A model generated the notes under the pieces. That model did not search any database. It was given only the letters and a program-made list of their open reading frames with translations, and was not told the origin of the DNA. A program made the translations under genes and the position numbers. Source: Methanobacterium sp. (GTDB lineage: Archaea; Methanobacteriota; Methanobacteria; Methanobacteriales; Methanobacteriaceae). Taken from it: a stretch of DNA of 13,976 nt. Shown here in pieces: positions 1 through 8,265 of the stretch. Position 1 is the first letter of the stretch. Every line of letters begins with the position of its first letter. Where the stretch lies: assembly GCA_003166335.1 (NCBI GenBank), contig PMWA01000124.1, forward strand, positions 1 to 13,976, written 5' to 3'.

Positions 1-257
1 AAAACCCTCAAAAACGAATGTTTAAGAGAATTACGTGATAATAAAATGAGTGCTATAAGATAAAACTCTAGTATGGCCAAGACAATTAATTGGGTAGTGT
101 ATACAGCAAATACCACTATAATTAATAAAGTAATTAGCTTAACCCTACCATCTAATGAATGAATGACACTATCCTTCATAGAGGTTCTTTCAACATCAGT
201 AACTGAACCACCAACATGTAAGGCACTTAATAAAACATTCAAGTTCATAAGACTCAT
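1..257 (-). CDS. cbiQ: ECF transporter T component CbiQ/NikQ, 5' part (runs off the left edge of the window)
   Basis: Manual translation from ATG at 257: MSLMNLNVLLSALHVGGSVTDVERTSMKDSVIHSLDGRVKLITLLIIVVFAVYTTQLIVLAILEFYLIALILLSRNSLKHSFLRV. It has the typical CbiQ S-x-IH-x-LD-x-R-x-K motif followed by TM helices, and lies downstream of M and N. Not in the ORF track. Confidence 0.9.
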   Translation of the reverse strand, partial: MSLMNLNVLLSALHVGGSVTDVERTSMKDSVIHSLDGRVKLITLLIIVVFAVYTTQLIVLAILEFYLIALILLSRNSLKHSFLRV

Positions 258-371
258 CCCAGTCCATTTAGTTACATACTATTTAAAATAAAAAATTTTT
301 TTAATTTCAAAATATTTGCTTTTTATCATTCTATAATAATAAAAAATAAAGATAAAAAAAATTAATTTTTT

Positions 372-722
372 TTAGGCGTCGCTTCTTTTTGCATCAATTA
401 TTTTAGCTTCCTCACTTCTTTTTTTTCTTTTTATTATTTCACTAACACCCAATGCAACACCCATTACTATAAATAGACCCAGAACTAAAGCTAATATCCC
501 ACCTAACTTTCCACCTATTTGCCATATCTCATAATTATTGAAAGGCGCATGCCAATAACCAGGATTTACAAAGTCATTATCTTTCATTAGTGCTGGGTTT
601 AAATGTTCTGCTGTTGCACCGAGTCCGTCTGGATTGGTTGATGCTATATATGGTGAGAGGATAGCAATTATTAATGCAACAGCCACCCCTCCAATTACAA
701 CACCTTTAGTTGACCGGTTCAT
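372..722 (-). CDS. PDGLE-domain protein (NikN/CbiN-like accessory component of the ECF Ni/Co transporter)
   Basis: Two TM helices flank ASTNPDGLG (PDGLE motif, here with Gly for Glu). Its ATG overlaps the cbiM stop (ATGA at 719-722), suggesting translational coupling. Confidence 0.85.
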   Translation of the reverse strand: MNRSTKGVVIGGVAVALIIAILSPYIASTNPDGLGATAEHLNPALMKDNDFVNPGYWHAPFNNYEIWQIGGKLGGILALVLGLFIVMGVALGVSEIIKRKKRSEEAKIIDAKRSDA

Positions 723-1429
723 TTTGAAGGAGCCTCCTCTGATTCCTGTGGGCCTGTGCTTAAATCAAAGTCATCTTTATTTTTCTTACTGTTCCAGGCG
801 AGTAAATCTGGCCTTACTCTATGCAGGGTGAAAACAACAATTACGGTTATTATTGCCTCGAATATACCTATCATCACATGATAACCTCCCATGTATAAAA
901 GGCCTAATCCTAATGGAAATGTTCCGCCTAGCCACATTTCTACAGCTGCCATGCAAGCTGCTAAGAATATAGCTATCCATGCTGCTACTCCAACAGACCA
1001 GTATTTGCCTAAATTCAGCAATCCACCTAAACGTGGGTGTTTAAGCGCTTGCCACATGTAAAATCCTACAAAACTACCTATTACACCCATATTAATCACA
1101 TTTGCCCCATAGGTGGTTACTCCTCCATCTCCGAAGAATAAGGCCTGTACCATTAGTACCATAGCGATACATATCACTCCTGCCCAGGGACTCATGAATA
1201 TTATAGCAACCATTGCAGCGCCAACCATATGTCCACTGGATCCAAATGGTATAGGGATATTCATTGACATTATGGCAAATATGCCTGCAGCTAAAACTGC
1301 CATCAATGGTATGTTTTTTTCATTTAGATTGTTCCGTGACCACCGGAAAGCAAAGAATAAAAACGTTAATGCAATAACGTAATAAATTGCACACTGCCAT
1401 AGTGGTATAAATCCATCTGGTATATGCAA
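719..1429 (-). CDS. cbiM: ECF transporter S component CbiM/NikM (NikM-type, probably nickel)
   Basis: MHIPDGF N-terminus when read from TTG at 1429, with SD GGAGGAGG 6 nt upstream. Also has SSGHMVG and QALFFGDGG motifs and multiple TM helices. Confidence 0.93.
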   Translation of the reverse strand: MHIPDGFIPLWQCAIYYVIALTFLFFAFRWSRNNLNEKNIPLMAVLAAGIFAIMSMNIPIPFGSSGHMVGAAMVAIIFMSPWAGVICIAMVLMVQALFFGDGGVTTYGANVINMGVIGSFVGFYMWQALKHPRLGGLLNLGKYWSVGVAAWIAIFLAACMAAVEMWLGGTFPLGLGLLYMGGYHVMIGIFEAIITVIVVFTLHRVRPDLLAWNSKKNKDDFDLSTGPQESEEAPSK

Positions 1430-1490
1430 AATCATCCTCCTCCTCTATATCCCTATTTATAAAGAACCACAAATACATATGCTTATTAAG

Positions 1491-1529
1491 GTATTACTAA
1501 TTCCATCTCATTAATAAACCACGTAATAC
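1491..1529. promoter_or_regulatory. Inverted-repeat operator 1 (GTATTAC-N25-GTAATAC), candidate NikR-family site, in the predicted cbiM 5' leader
   Basis: Perfect 7-bp inverted repeat, 1491-1497 / 1523-1529. The same motif and spacing recur twice upstream. Confidence 0.6.
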
Positions 1530-1578
1530 TCCTTAAACATTATTCTAAACCCCTTAAACTCTTCGTTGGAATTTTAAT

Positions 1579-1596
1579 CATATAAACCTTTTCCCT
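1579..1596 (-). promoter_or_regulatory. BRE/TATA promoter of the cbiM operon
   Basis: Minus strand reads AGGGAAAAGG-TTTATATG (purine-rich BRE plus TATA box), about 150 nt upstream of the cbiM start. Confidence 0.55.
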
Positions 1597-1639
1597 AGTA
1601 TTACATAGATCTAGTTTTTTCCATGAAAAATTAATACTA
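1596..1639. promoter_or_regulatory. Inverted-repeat operator 2 (TAGTATTAC-N26-TTAATACTA)
   Basis: TAGTATTA 1596-1603 and TAATACTA 1632-1639 form a perfect 8-bp inverted repeat that abuts the predicted BRE. Confidence 0.55.
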
Positions 1640-1640
1640 A

Positions 1641-1681
1641 TTTATTACTAAAAAATGTTTTTGAGGAGTAAATGTAATAAA
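1641..1681. promoter_or_regulatory. Inverted-repeat operator 3 (TTTATTAC-N25-GTAATAAA)
   Basis: Perfect 8-bp inverted repeat, 1641-1648 / 1674-1681, with the same spacer length as operator 1. Confidence 0.5.
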
Positions 1682-2086
1682 AAAAGAATATTTTTGTTCA
1701 TTTTGAATGAATTTATTCAGATTTCCAAAAAATTATAAAAATTAATTTCTTAATAAAAACGAGAATTTTTCTCTCTGAAATAGCATTCATACAAAAAGAC
1801 ACTAATATCAATAAAATGGGAGAATAAACTAAATAAAATTTACATTTAAAAAATAGATATGAACGAGTAATGTTAATAAAAAGATAGAATTTAATCGAGA
1901 TTGAAATAAAATATCAATTTCAAAAATTAGGTTAAAATAATATTAGTAAAAAAATTCGAGAATTTAAATACATTTTAAGAAAAAAAATAGGAATTCTAGA
2001 AATTAAATAAAATTTAAGAAAAAAAATTTAATATTTTTATCTAAATTCGAGAAACTTTATGAAAATTAATTCAAAATATTTTAGTT

Positions 2087-2326
2087 TTAATCTACTACTT
2101 CAGCAAAACCAAAATTTCTTCTAGTAGAAGTTATTCTAATTTTAACTTCATCGCCCACTTTGGCACCTGAAACAAAAACCACGAAACCTTCTATACGGGT
2201 GATTCCATCACCATCTCTACCAGTATCTTCAATTTTAACATCGTATTCTTCTCCTTCATTAATAGGAGCAGAATTTCCTTTATTATTATTGTAGTTATCT
2301 CCACTACCGTAACTATTTCTAAACAA
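2087..2326 (-). CDS. Single TRAM-domain RNA-binding protein (archaeal RNA chaperone type)
   Basis: [59 protein letters not shown] is a textbook archaeal TRAM domain. Likely start is TTG at 2326, because the track's GTG at 2335 lies inside the SD-like GAAGTGAT. Confidence 0.92.
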   Translation of the reverse strand: MFRNSYGSGDNYNNNKGNSAPINEGEEYDVKIEDTGRDGDGITRIEGFVVFVSGAKVGDEVKIRITSTRRNFGFAEVVD

Positions 2327-2385
2327 ATTTATCACTTCCGATTTATGCCATATTAATATGGCTAACTATACGTATAATTTAAGAG

Positions 2386-2394
2386 TATATAAAG
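2386..2394 (-). promoter_or_regulatory. TATA box of the TRAM gene
   Basis: CTTTATATA on the minus strand, about 60 nt upstream of the start. Confidence 0.45.
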
Positions 2395-2537
2395 TTATGT
2401 ATAAAAACTTTAATATTTTATTCTAAAACTTTTTTGTAAACATATAAATGCTTAGTTTACAATGAATTTGAATTTAATCATATAAAAAATGAAAAGAATC
2501 CAAAAATCATTTAAAACAACTCAACCTACTTAAATAT

Positions 2538-3188
2538 ATGCAAATTGAAAATAATATCATCCTAGCCTTGGATCTTACTACCCTCCAAGAAGCACTCCAA
2601 GTAGCAGAAGATGTTTCAGCTTACATTAATACTATAAAGATTGGATACCCACTGGTTTTAGCTGAAGGATTAGAATGTATACATATTCATAAAGAAAAAA
2701 TTAATTGCAAAATTATAGCTGATTTTAAAGTAGCAGATATCCCCGAGACTAATCAGAAGATTACGGATTTAACCTTTCAGGCAGGGGCAGATGCTATTAT
2801 TGTTCACGGTTTTACAGGCAGGGATAGTGTAAAGGCTACATTTGAATCCGCTGAAAGTTATGGTGGAGATGTTTTCTTAGTCACGGAAATGTCTCATCCT
2901 GGTGCAGAAAATTTCATGCAGAACGTTTCAGAGGATATAGCCCGTATGGGAATGGATATGGGTATAACTAATTATGTAGCACCCTCCACTAAACTGGATA
3001 GATTGAAGAAAATAAGAGGAATCGTGGGAGATGATTCATGTATAATATCACCCGGTGTAGGAGTGCAGGGAGGTGACCCGTCACTGACCCTTGAATTAGC
3101 TGATGCATTAATCATTGGTAGATCCATCTACACTGCGAATAATCCGAAGCAAGCTCTCCAATCCATTATAGATAGCATCAAATTTTAA
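2538..3188 (+). CDS. pyrF: Orotidine 5'-phosphate decarboxylase
   Basis: IILALD, IKIGYPLVL, catalytic ADFKVADIPETN (DxKxxDIxxT), EMSHPG, SPGVGVQGG and IIGRSIY motifs. Confidence 0.98.
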   Translation: MQIENNIILALDLTTLQEALQVAEDVSAYINTIKIGYPLVLAEGLECIHIHKEKINCKIIADFKVADIPETNQKITDLTFQAGADAIIVHGFTGRDSVKATFESAESYGGDVFLVTEMSHPGAENFMQNVSEDIARMGMDMGITNYVAPSTKLDRLKKIRGIVGDDSCIISPGVGVQGGDPSLTLELADALIIGRSIYTANNPKQALQSIIDSIKF

Positions 3189-3734
3189 TCCTGCTATTTC
3201 ATAGGATATCTCGAATAAACAGAAGAATATAAAAGTATAAAAGCTTAAAAATTGTAAATCTGGAATTTGAAGAGAAGGAATCAACACTTTAAATAAACCA
3301 AGAACTGCAAGTAGGAATATTGCTATTTTAAGGGTGAATCTATATTGAAAAAAGTTATAAAGTATATTATTTTGAGTTACCCATGCATTGTCATTACCCA
3401 TCTCATCCAAGAAGGCAGCTCCTGCACATACTATTAATGTTATAATACCTATAGGGGGGATGCCTATTATTAGAATTATCCCTAAAAATATTAGTAGTGA
3501 AATAATATGATTCATGCAATCTATCTTCCAGGCCATTAAAGTTCCAATAAGAATGCCTAAAAATATCACAGCAGCATCCGCATTAGTAACTGCTAAGTAT
3601 CCAATTGAAATCCCGCAGATTACCGCTGCCATTACACCTAAAAAATTATTATTTTTCCGGTCATGAGCATCATCTGAGATTTTCATGAATAAACCAGAGA
3701 TTGCGTAGAAGAATGGTGTAAAAATATTAATCAA
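3108..3734 (-). CDS. Conserved multi-pass membrane protein of unknown function
   Basis: Long hydrophobic ORF with SGLFMKISDD, KIDCMNH and AAFLDEMGND motifs. TTG at 3734 is the more plausible start (track gives 3782). Its 3' end overlaps pyrF. Confidence 0.8.
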   Translation of the reverse strand: MINIFTPFFYAISGLFMKISDDAHDRKNNNFLGVMAAVICGISIGYLAVTNADAAVIFLGILIGTLMAWKIDCMNHIISLLIFLGIILIIGIPPIGIITLIVCAGAAFLDEMGNDNAWVTQNNILYNFFQYRFTLKIAIFLLAVLGLFKVLIPSLQIPDLQFLSFYTFIFFCLFEISYEIAGLKFDAIYNGLESLLRIIRSVDGSTND

Positions 3735-3860
3735 GCATCCTATATTTGTTTTATATAAAATCTTAAAAAAATGGATTATCATTAAATTTTATCTTAATAT
3801 AATAAATAGTATCTACAAAAAAAGAATTTCTTATTTTTTTTGTTCAAATATAATATTATT

Positions 3861-4781
3861 TTATTTGGATAAGATTTCCCATGCTCCCGCTACTATTAAA
3901 GGGAATATTATAGTGGCATCTCCAATAACTGTTACTAAATGGGATCCACATTTAGCTTTAGCCCAGGATTTGGCTTCCTCTAATGGTGCGCCACTTAAAC
4001 TTCCAGTTTCACTACGGTCCATGGTTACCTGGATACCTGCATCTACACCGCCTTTAAGAAGATTTGATGCTAATGCATAATGTTTAGGTAAACCACCACC
4101 CAGCATCACTGCAGATACCTTGGGGGATGCGTAAACAATATCAGATAACTCATGCATGTCACCCACTGCATCTAAAACTAATTCATTCTCCTGTGTATAC
4201 ATCCATAATTGTAATCCTAGCATACTATCCACAATACCAGGGGCGTAAATGGGAATCTTTTTATTAGCTGCAGTTTTTAAAATAGATTCCTCATCATCAA
4301 TTCTATCACCAATTTCAGCTAAGAATTCAGTTATAGTTAAATGATTTTTATTCCCAGCTATATCAGCGATTATCTCCGTGATTTTCTCCTCGAAAACCAT
4401 GAAATCCTCTGATTTAGTGTATATATCCCCTATTCTTCCCACACCCATCTGACAGAGTTTTTCATCATCATAACCTATATTTCGGTGGTGATGGCCTCCG
4501 AAAGCCTCCAGTAAATCATGAGTAATGTTAGCTCCGCTGGTGATTAGCACGTCAATTTCTTCTCGATGTATGAGATCTCGGATGATTTTCCGAAGCCCTC
4601 CCGGTACTAGTGGACCAGCTACACTTAAAAATACAGTGGTTTCCTTATCTTTAATCATCTGTGAGAATAACTGGGTGGCGTGGTGTATACGACCAGCACC
4701 TAGTACTCCTGTTTCTCCCATCTCTTCAATTAATTCCAGGACACTCATTTTATCCTGGAGTTTCATTTGTTTAACTTTCAA
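3861..4781 (-). CDS. dys: Deoxyhypusine synthase
   Basis: AGPLVPGGLR, ITSGANITHD, GRIGDI, PGIVDSMLG, LGGGLPKH, GSLSGAPLEEAKSWAK (active-site Lys region) and GDATIIFPL motifs. Confidence 0.96.
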   Translation of the reverse strand: MKVKQMKLQDKMSVLELIEEMGETGVLGAGRIHHATQLFSQMIKDKETTVFLSVAGPLVPGGLRKIIRDLIHREEIDVLITSGANITHDLLEAFGGHHHRNIGYDDEKLCQMGVGRIGDIYTKSEDFMVFEEKITEIIADIAGNKNHLTITEFLAEIGDRIDDEESILKTAANKKIPIYAPGIVDSMLGLQLWMYTQENELVLDAVGDMHELSDIVYASPKVSAVMLGGGLPKHYALASNLLKGGVDAGIQVTMDRSETGSLSGAPLEEAKSWAKAKCGSHLVTVIGDATIIFPLIVAGAWEILSK

Positions 4782-4950
4782 TTGTCTAACACCATTCCCT
4801 TTATTATTTACATAATAATTTGAAGAAAAAATAGATATCTAAAATTTTTTGAAATTAATATTTATAAATTTAAAATAATTATAAAAAAAGAGAACTAATA
4901 AATTTTTTAATTGCTAATAAAAATCTTTTAATAAATAGGATAATTTTATA

Positions 4951-5838
4951 TTATGCTATTTTAGGGCTGGCTATCTTATCAAGTAAGTCGGTGCGGGTTA
5001 CAATTCCCTGGGGAGCTCCAGTTCCATTTACGACTATGAGTCTCCCTATATTGTTCTTATTCATAATATCAATAGCCTCAGAGATCATTACATCCTCTTT
5101 CACCGTTATAATATTATTAGACATAATTTCTATAACTTTAAGACTCTCTCTATCTTGAGCTAAGGCCCCTGCTATATCGCTGAGAGTTAAAATTCCTAGA
5201 ATCTCTCCATCAGTGATTACTGGAGCACCCTCTATTCCCCCAGTAGTTAAAACTTTTGCAGCTTCTTTAATAGTCAGGGATGGTTTTAGGGTGATTAAAT
5301 CCTTACTAGCTACATCTATAACTTTCTTTTTAGGAATGCTCCGAATACCTGTTGTGTCGAGAAGTAGTATATTATCCATATCATCACGACCAACCACCAC
5401 ACCATTAACCACTAATTTATTAACTGGTGTAGGACCTATCCGTATTCTATCACCTAAATCAATACTTTTAATATTACCAATGGCTTTTATAGCTGCTTCA
5501 CATTCTCCAGGATGAGGTATACTAGTAAACTCAATCTTAGCCACAGTAATATCCTTCAACTCCTTTCCAGCTTTAAAAATAGGTACCTGAGTTTCTTTAC
5601 TAATATCAGTAATATTTAAAGTGTGATAAGCTTCAATTGTGGGTTTATAACCACCACGTGGACCTGGAACACCCTTAACAAGACCTAAACTTCTAAGAGA
5701 CTGCATCTGATTCCTTATCGTGCCTGGATTTCGACTCATCATCACCGCAATTTCCTCACCCTTAATAGACTTACCTTCCGCCTTCCGGTACAAATTAATC
5801 AAACTCTGCAATATTTCCTTCTGAACCGATGTTAACAT
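4951..5838 (-). CDS. Predicted transcriptional regulator: N-terminal HrcA-like winged HTH plus C-terminal CBS pair
   Basis: MLTSVQKEILQSLINLY...GTIRNQMQSLRSLGLVKGVPGPRGGYKPT wHTH. Two CBS repeats (GAPVI..GILTLSDI; GRLIVV..GIVTRTDLL). SD GGGGTGG upstream. Confidence 0.92.
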   Translation of the reverse strand: MLTSVQKEILQSLINLYRKAEGKSIKGEEIAVMMSRNPGTIRNQMQSLRSLGLVKGVPGPRGGYKPTIEAYHTLNITDISKETQVPIFKAGKELKDITVAKIEFTSIPHPGECEAAIKAIGNIKSIDLGDRIRIGPTPVNKLVVNGVVVGRDDMDNILLLDTTGIRSIPKKKVIDVASKDLITLKPSLTIKEAAKVLTTGGIEGAPVITDGEILGILTLSDIAGALAQDRESLKVIEIMSNNIITVKEDVMISEAIDIMNKNNIGRLIVVNGTGAPQGIVTRTDLLDKIASPKIA

Positions 5839-5912
5839 TGAGCAACCACCCCTAAAAAATAACTCAATAAAATTTATGATTATTTATAATTATAATTATT
5901 GATCACTTATTA

Positions 5913-5922
5913 TTATATAAAA
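5913..5922 (-). promoter_or_regulatory. TATA box of the HTH-CBS gene
   Basis: TTTTATATAA on the minus strand, about 75 nt upstream of the ATG. The surrounding sequence is AT-rich, so certainty is modest. Confidence 0.4.
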
Positions 5923-6489
5923 TTATCATTAGTTTTGAAATTCTGATTCATCTGACTCAATTACTTCATTTTTATTAAAATTTTCCTGATACTTTTCTAT
6001 CTGATTTTTCAATCCCATATTTTCATGATAAGTCCATTCATAGGCTATTCATTAAAGCAAATTGGGATATATTTGGGCTTGAAGAACCCTTCTACCAATT
6101 AGATGTTAAAATTTCTTGTTACTCCCGAAATGGAAGTTGAACGGATATTCAATATGTTAGGTATACGTATCTTCTATCAATTTATCTTTCAGGGGATTAA
6201 AAATCCTCAAGAACTTATAAGCGCCAATTATAATCATGCTTTCCAATCATTAGCAGGTATATATGTTTTCCAGTGATTTAAAAAAATTAGAAAAGATAAT
6301 AATTATTATTGGAAAAAAGCCCGGTTTAAAAGCCCATCAGATACAGGAATAACTTTCGAAAATGAAAAAAATGAATTAAAATTCATCCTTAATTATTTAT
6401 AAAAGTTTAAATTTGAATGATTACATGGGGATTTACCGGGAATTAATAACCTTTAAACCAGGGTTCCACGAATTATATATTCATCCTGA

Positions 6490-6875
6490 TTATCAGTGAG
6501 ACCTATTGGAACAATAAAAAACTGCTAATTATGAGAATAGAATCTCAATAGCTTTACAAAATTCAGGGTTTGGTCCTATGATAATTAAATCAATTGAAAC
6601 TGAAAATAATAAGGGTGAAAAAAAAGAAGTATCCCATAGACTGGATGCCTCCAGGAAGTAAAGGTGTAATTTCTAGAAAAAAATTAAAGAATGTAGCAAT
6701 AATGGCAGGTAAATATGAAATCTTGCTCAAATATAAAAGTGGTGAAAACCCAAAATGGAAGTTAGCTCCATTAAGGAAAGTGTTAAGAAGTTTAACATTA
6801 AAAGTAATGTATACCGATATTTATAATCAAGAACAACCAATGCACATTAGAGAATTTAAGGACGATTTTAGATAA
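6490..6875 (+). pseudogene. 5'-truncated, doubly frameshifted hypothetical protein
   Basis: Removing one A from each of two A-runs (about 6516-6521 and 6618-6625) gives the continuous reading LSVRPIGTIK/TANYENRISIALQNSGFGPMIIKSIETENNKGEKK/KYPIDWMPPG...VMYTDIYNQEQPMHIREFKDDFR*. Track ORF 6594..6875 is the last segment. Confidence 0.55.
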
Positions 6876-6909
6876 ATAAAACCGAGAAAAATCTTTTTCA
6901 GGGCTTTAA

Positions 6910-6936
6910 AACTAATAATGGGGTTTCTGGAGTCGG
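6910..6936 (+). repeat. 27-bp direct repeat, copy 1 (att-like core) AACTAATAATGGGGTTTCTGGAGTCGG
   Basis: Identical to 7909-7935. Confidence 0.92.
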
Positions 6937-7058
6937 GTTTAAGTTTTCAATTTTATGGGTGCCATAGTAACAAGTTTGAATAGGTAAATGCAAGAAATTT
7001 TTGAATACTCAATTAAAAATTAAAACCAAAATAATGTGATTTATAAGGAGGTTTTTTT

Positions 7059-7730
7059 ATTTCTAATGGAAATCAGCCCAATTTAGGAGAGGACTTTATT
7101 CGTTTTCACAAGGTTGTGACGCGGAGTCTGGAAGTGGCAATTCAAAATGTTGATGAGTTTTTGGAGAAAGGAGTGTTGGAAACATCTAATCGTGAAGGTT
7201 TCCTTAAATTTCTTCAGAGCTTTTCATCATTTGTGGAAGGGCATCATCTGGTCGAAGATGAGAAAGTATTTCCGTACTTCATGGATAAGTTACCTAAAGT
7301 ACCATATAAAGGATTAATGGACCAACATAAGGAGATTGAAGCAGCATTGCAGGAAATAAATAATGGAATCACTGGTTTAAGGACTCAAAAAGATGAATTA
7401 TGGTCCCTAAAATTATTTAAGTCAGGTTTAGGTCAGATAGATGAGATATGGCAACCGCATATACGGATTGAGGATTCACAATTATATACACTAGTAGGAA
7501 GTCTAAAAATAAATTCAAAAGAGATGATTAGATTAATAAATGAGGTTTCAGAGTTATTTCAAGAACACACTGGTCCTCCATATCTGATTGCGCCCTTTAT
7601 ATTATACAACTTATCACCTGAAGACCGTGCGATACAAGCCAAAGGATTTCCAGAAATTGTAATCGAACAACTCGTACCCATTGACTGGAAAGATAAATGG
7701 GCACCGATGCAACCATATCTACTAAAATGA
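7059..7730 (+). CDS. Hemerythrin/HHE cation-binding domain protein
   Basis: Metal-ligand pattern FHKVV...EGHHLVEDEKVFP...DQHKEI...PHIRIED. The first His is upstream of the track's GTG (7116). The frame opens after TAA 7044-7046, and ATT 7059 sits 7 nt after SD AAGGAGG. Confidence 0.85.
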   Translation: MSNGNQPNLGEDFIRFHKVVTRSLEVAIQNVDEFLEKGVLETSNREGFLKFLQSFSSFVEGHHLVEDEKVFPYFMDKLPKVPYKGLMDQHKEIEAALQEINNGITGLRTQKDELWSLKLFKSGLGQIDEIWQPHIRIEDSQLYTLVGSLKINSKEMIRLINEVSELFQEHTGPPYLIAPFILYNLSPEDRAIQAKGFPEIVIEQLVPIDWKDKWAPMQPYLLK

Positions 7731-7908
7731 ATAGGGAAAATTAATGCGCATTTCAGAAAGTCCTTAACTTCCGGACTATATGAATTAAAATGATCCATGA
7801 ACCCTTTATGGGGACTTAGAAGTGGATCATTATTTGTATAAAAAAAATTTGGAATTTTTTTTATTTTATATTGTCCTATACAAAATATGCACCGTTATAA
7901 TAATTCAG

Positions 7909-7935
7909 AACTAATAATGGGGTTTCTGGAGTCGG
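7909..7935 (+). repeat. 27-bp direct repeat, copy 2 (att-like core)
   Basis: Identical to 6910-6936 at an offset of 999 bp. It overlaps the start of module copy A. Confidence 0.92.
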
Positions 7936-8265
7936 TTTTTATAATTATAATTATTTAACACACATGATAATATATAAGTTTTTCCGTTTAAGCCTTATTT
8001 TTAAGTTTTTTCAGTTCTAATTGCATATTCTGGAGTAAACCTTTCATCTCATCCATCTGATTCTTGTATAACTGATTATCATACATGACTCCTTGAGAGC
8101 TTCTGATAAGTTACGATTTTCCTTTAATAACTCGTCATCTGGAGTTATTTGATTGGCTATTTCGACCATCTGCTGATATAATTCTTTGTTTTCGTTTCTC
8201 AAAGAATTATAGTCCCTTTTGAGTTGTTGGAACTCATCCAGACTCATATGAGAGCTATTTTCTTT
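7925..8265 (-). repeat. Module copy A: att arm + promoter + probable integrase 3' end
   Basis: Aligns by eye with 10731-11074 over its full length (roughly 80% identity) and in part with 12840-13007. Confidence 0.9.
7971..7985 (-). promoter_or_regulatory. BRE/TATA promoter facing the att-like site (module A)
   Basis: GGAAAAAC-TTATATA on the minus strand. The AAAAACTTATATA core is conserved in all three modules. Confidence 0.6.

Noticed and set aside
1440..2080. Cobalamin riboswitch or ncRNA in the long intergenic region upstream of cbiM
   Set aside because: Extremely AT-rich, with no B12-box or stable GC stems. The visible structure is the three DNA inverted repeats.
634..5515. Track ORFs 634..831, 1113..1382, 3865..4080, 4525..4815 and 5213..5515 (+)
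   Set aside because: Antisense shadows of well-supported minus-strand genes, with no recognisable motifs.
5930..6480. Possible degraded coding sequence (plus-strand 57-codon frame from 6103; minus-strand acidic tail ending near 5929)
   Set aside because: Multiple stops in all frames and no family I can recognise. It may be another relic, but it cannot be called without BLASTX.
6910..7935. 27-bp repeat as a CRISPR repeat or a tRNA 3' fragment
   Set aside because: There are only two full copies, 999 bp apart, with no 30-40 bp spacers. The reverse complement has no convincing TTCRA T-loop or acceptor stem, and no tRNA gene is visible in the window.
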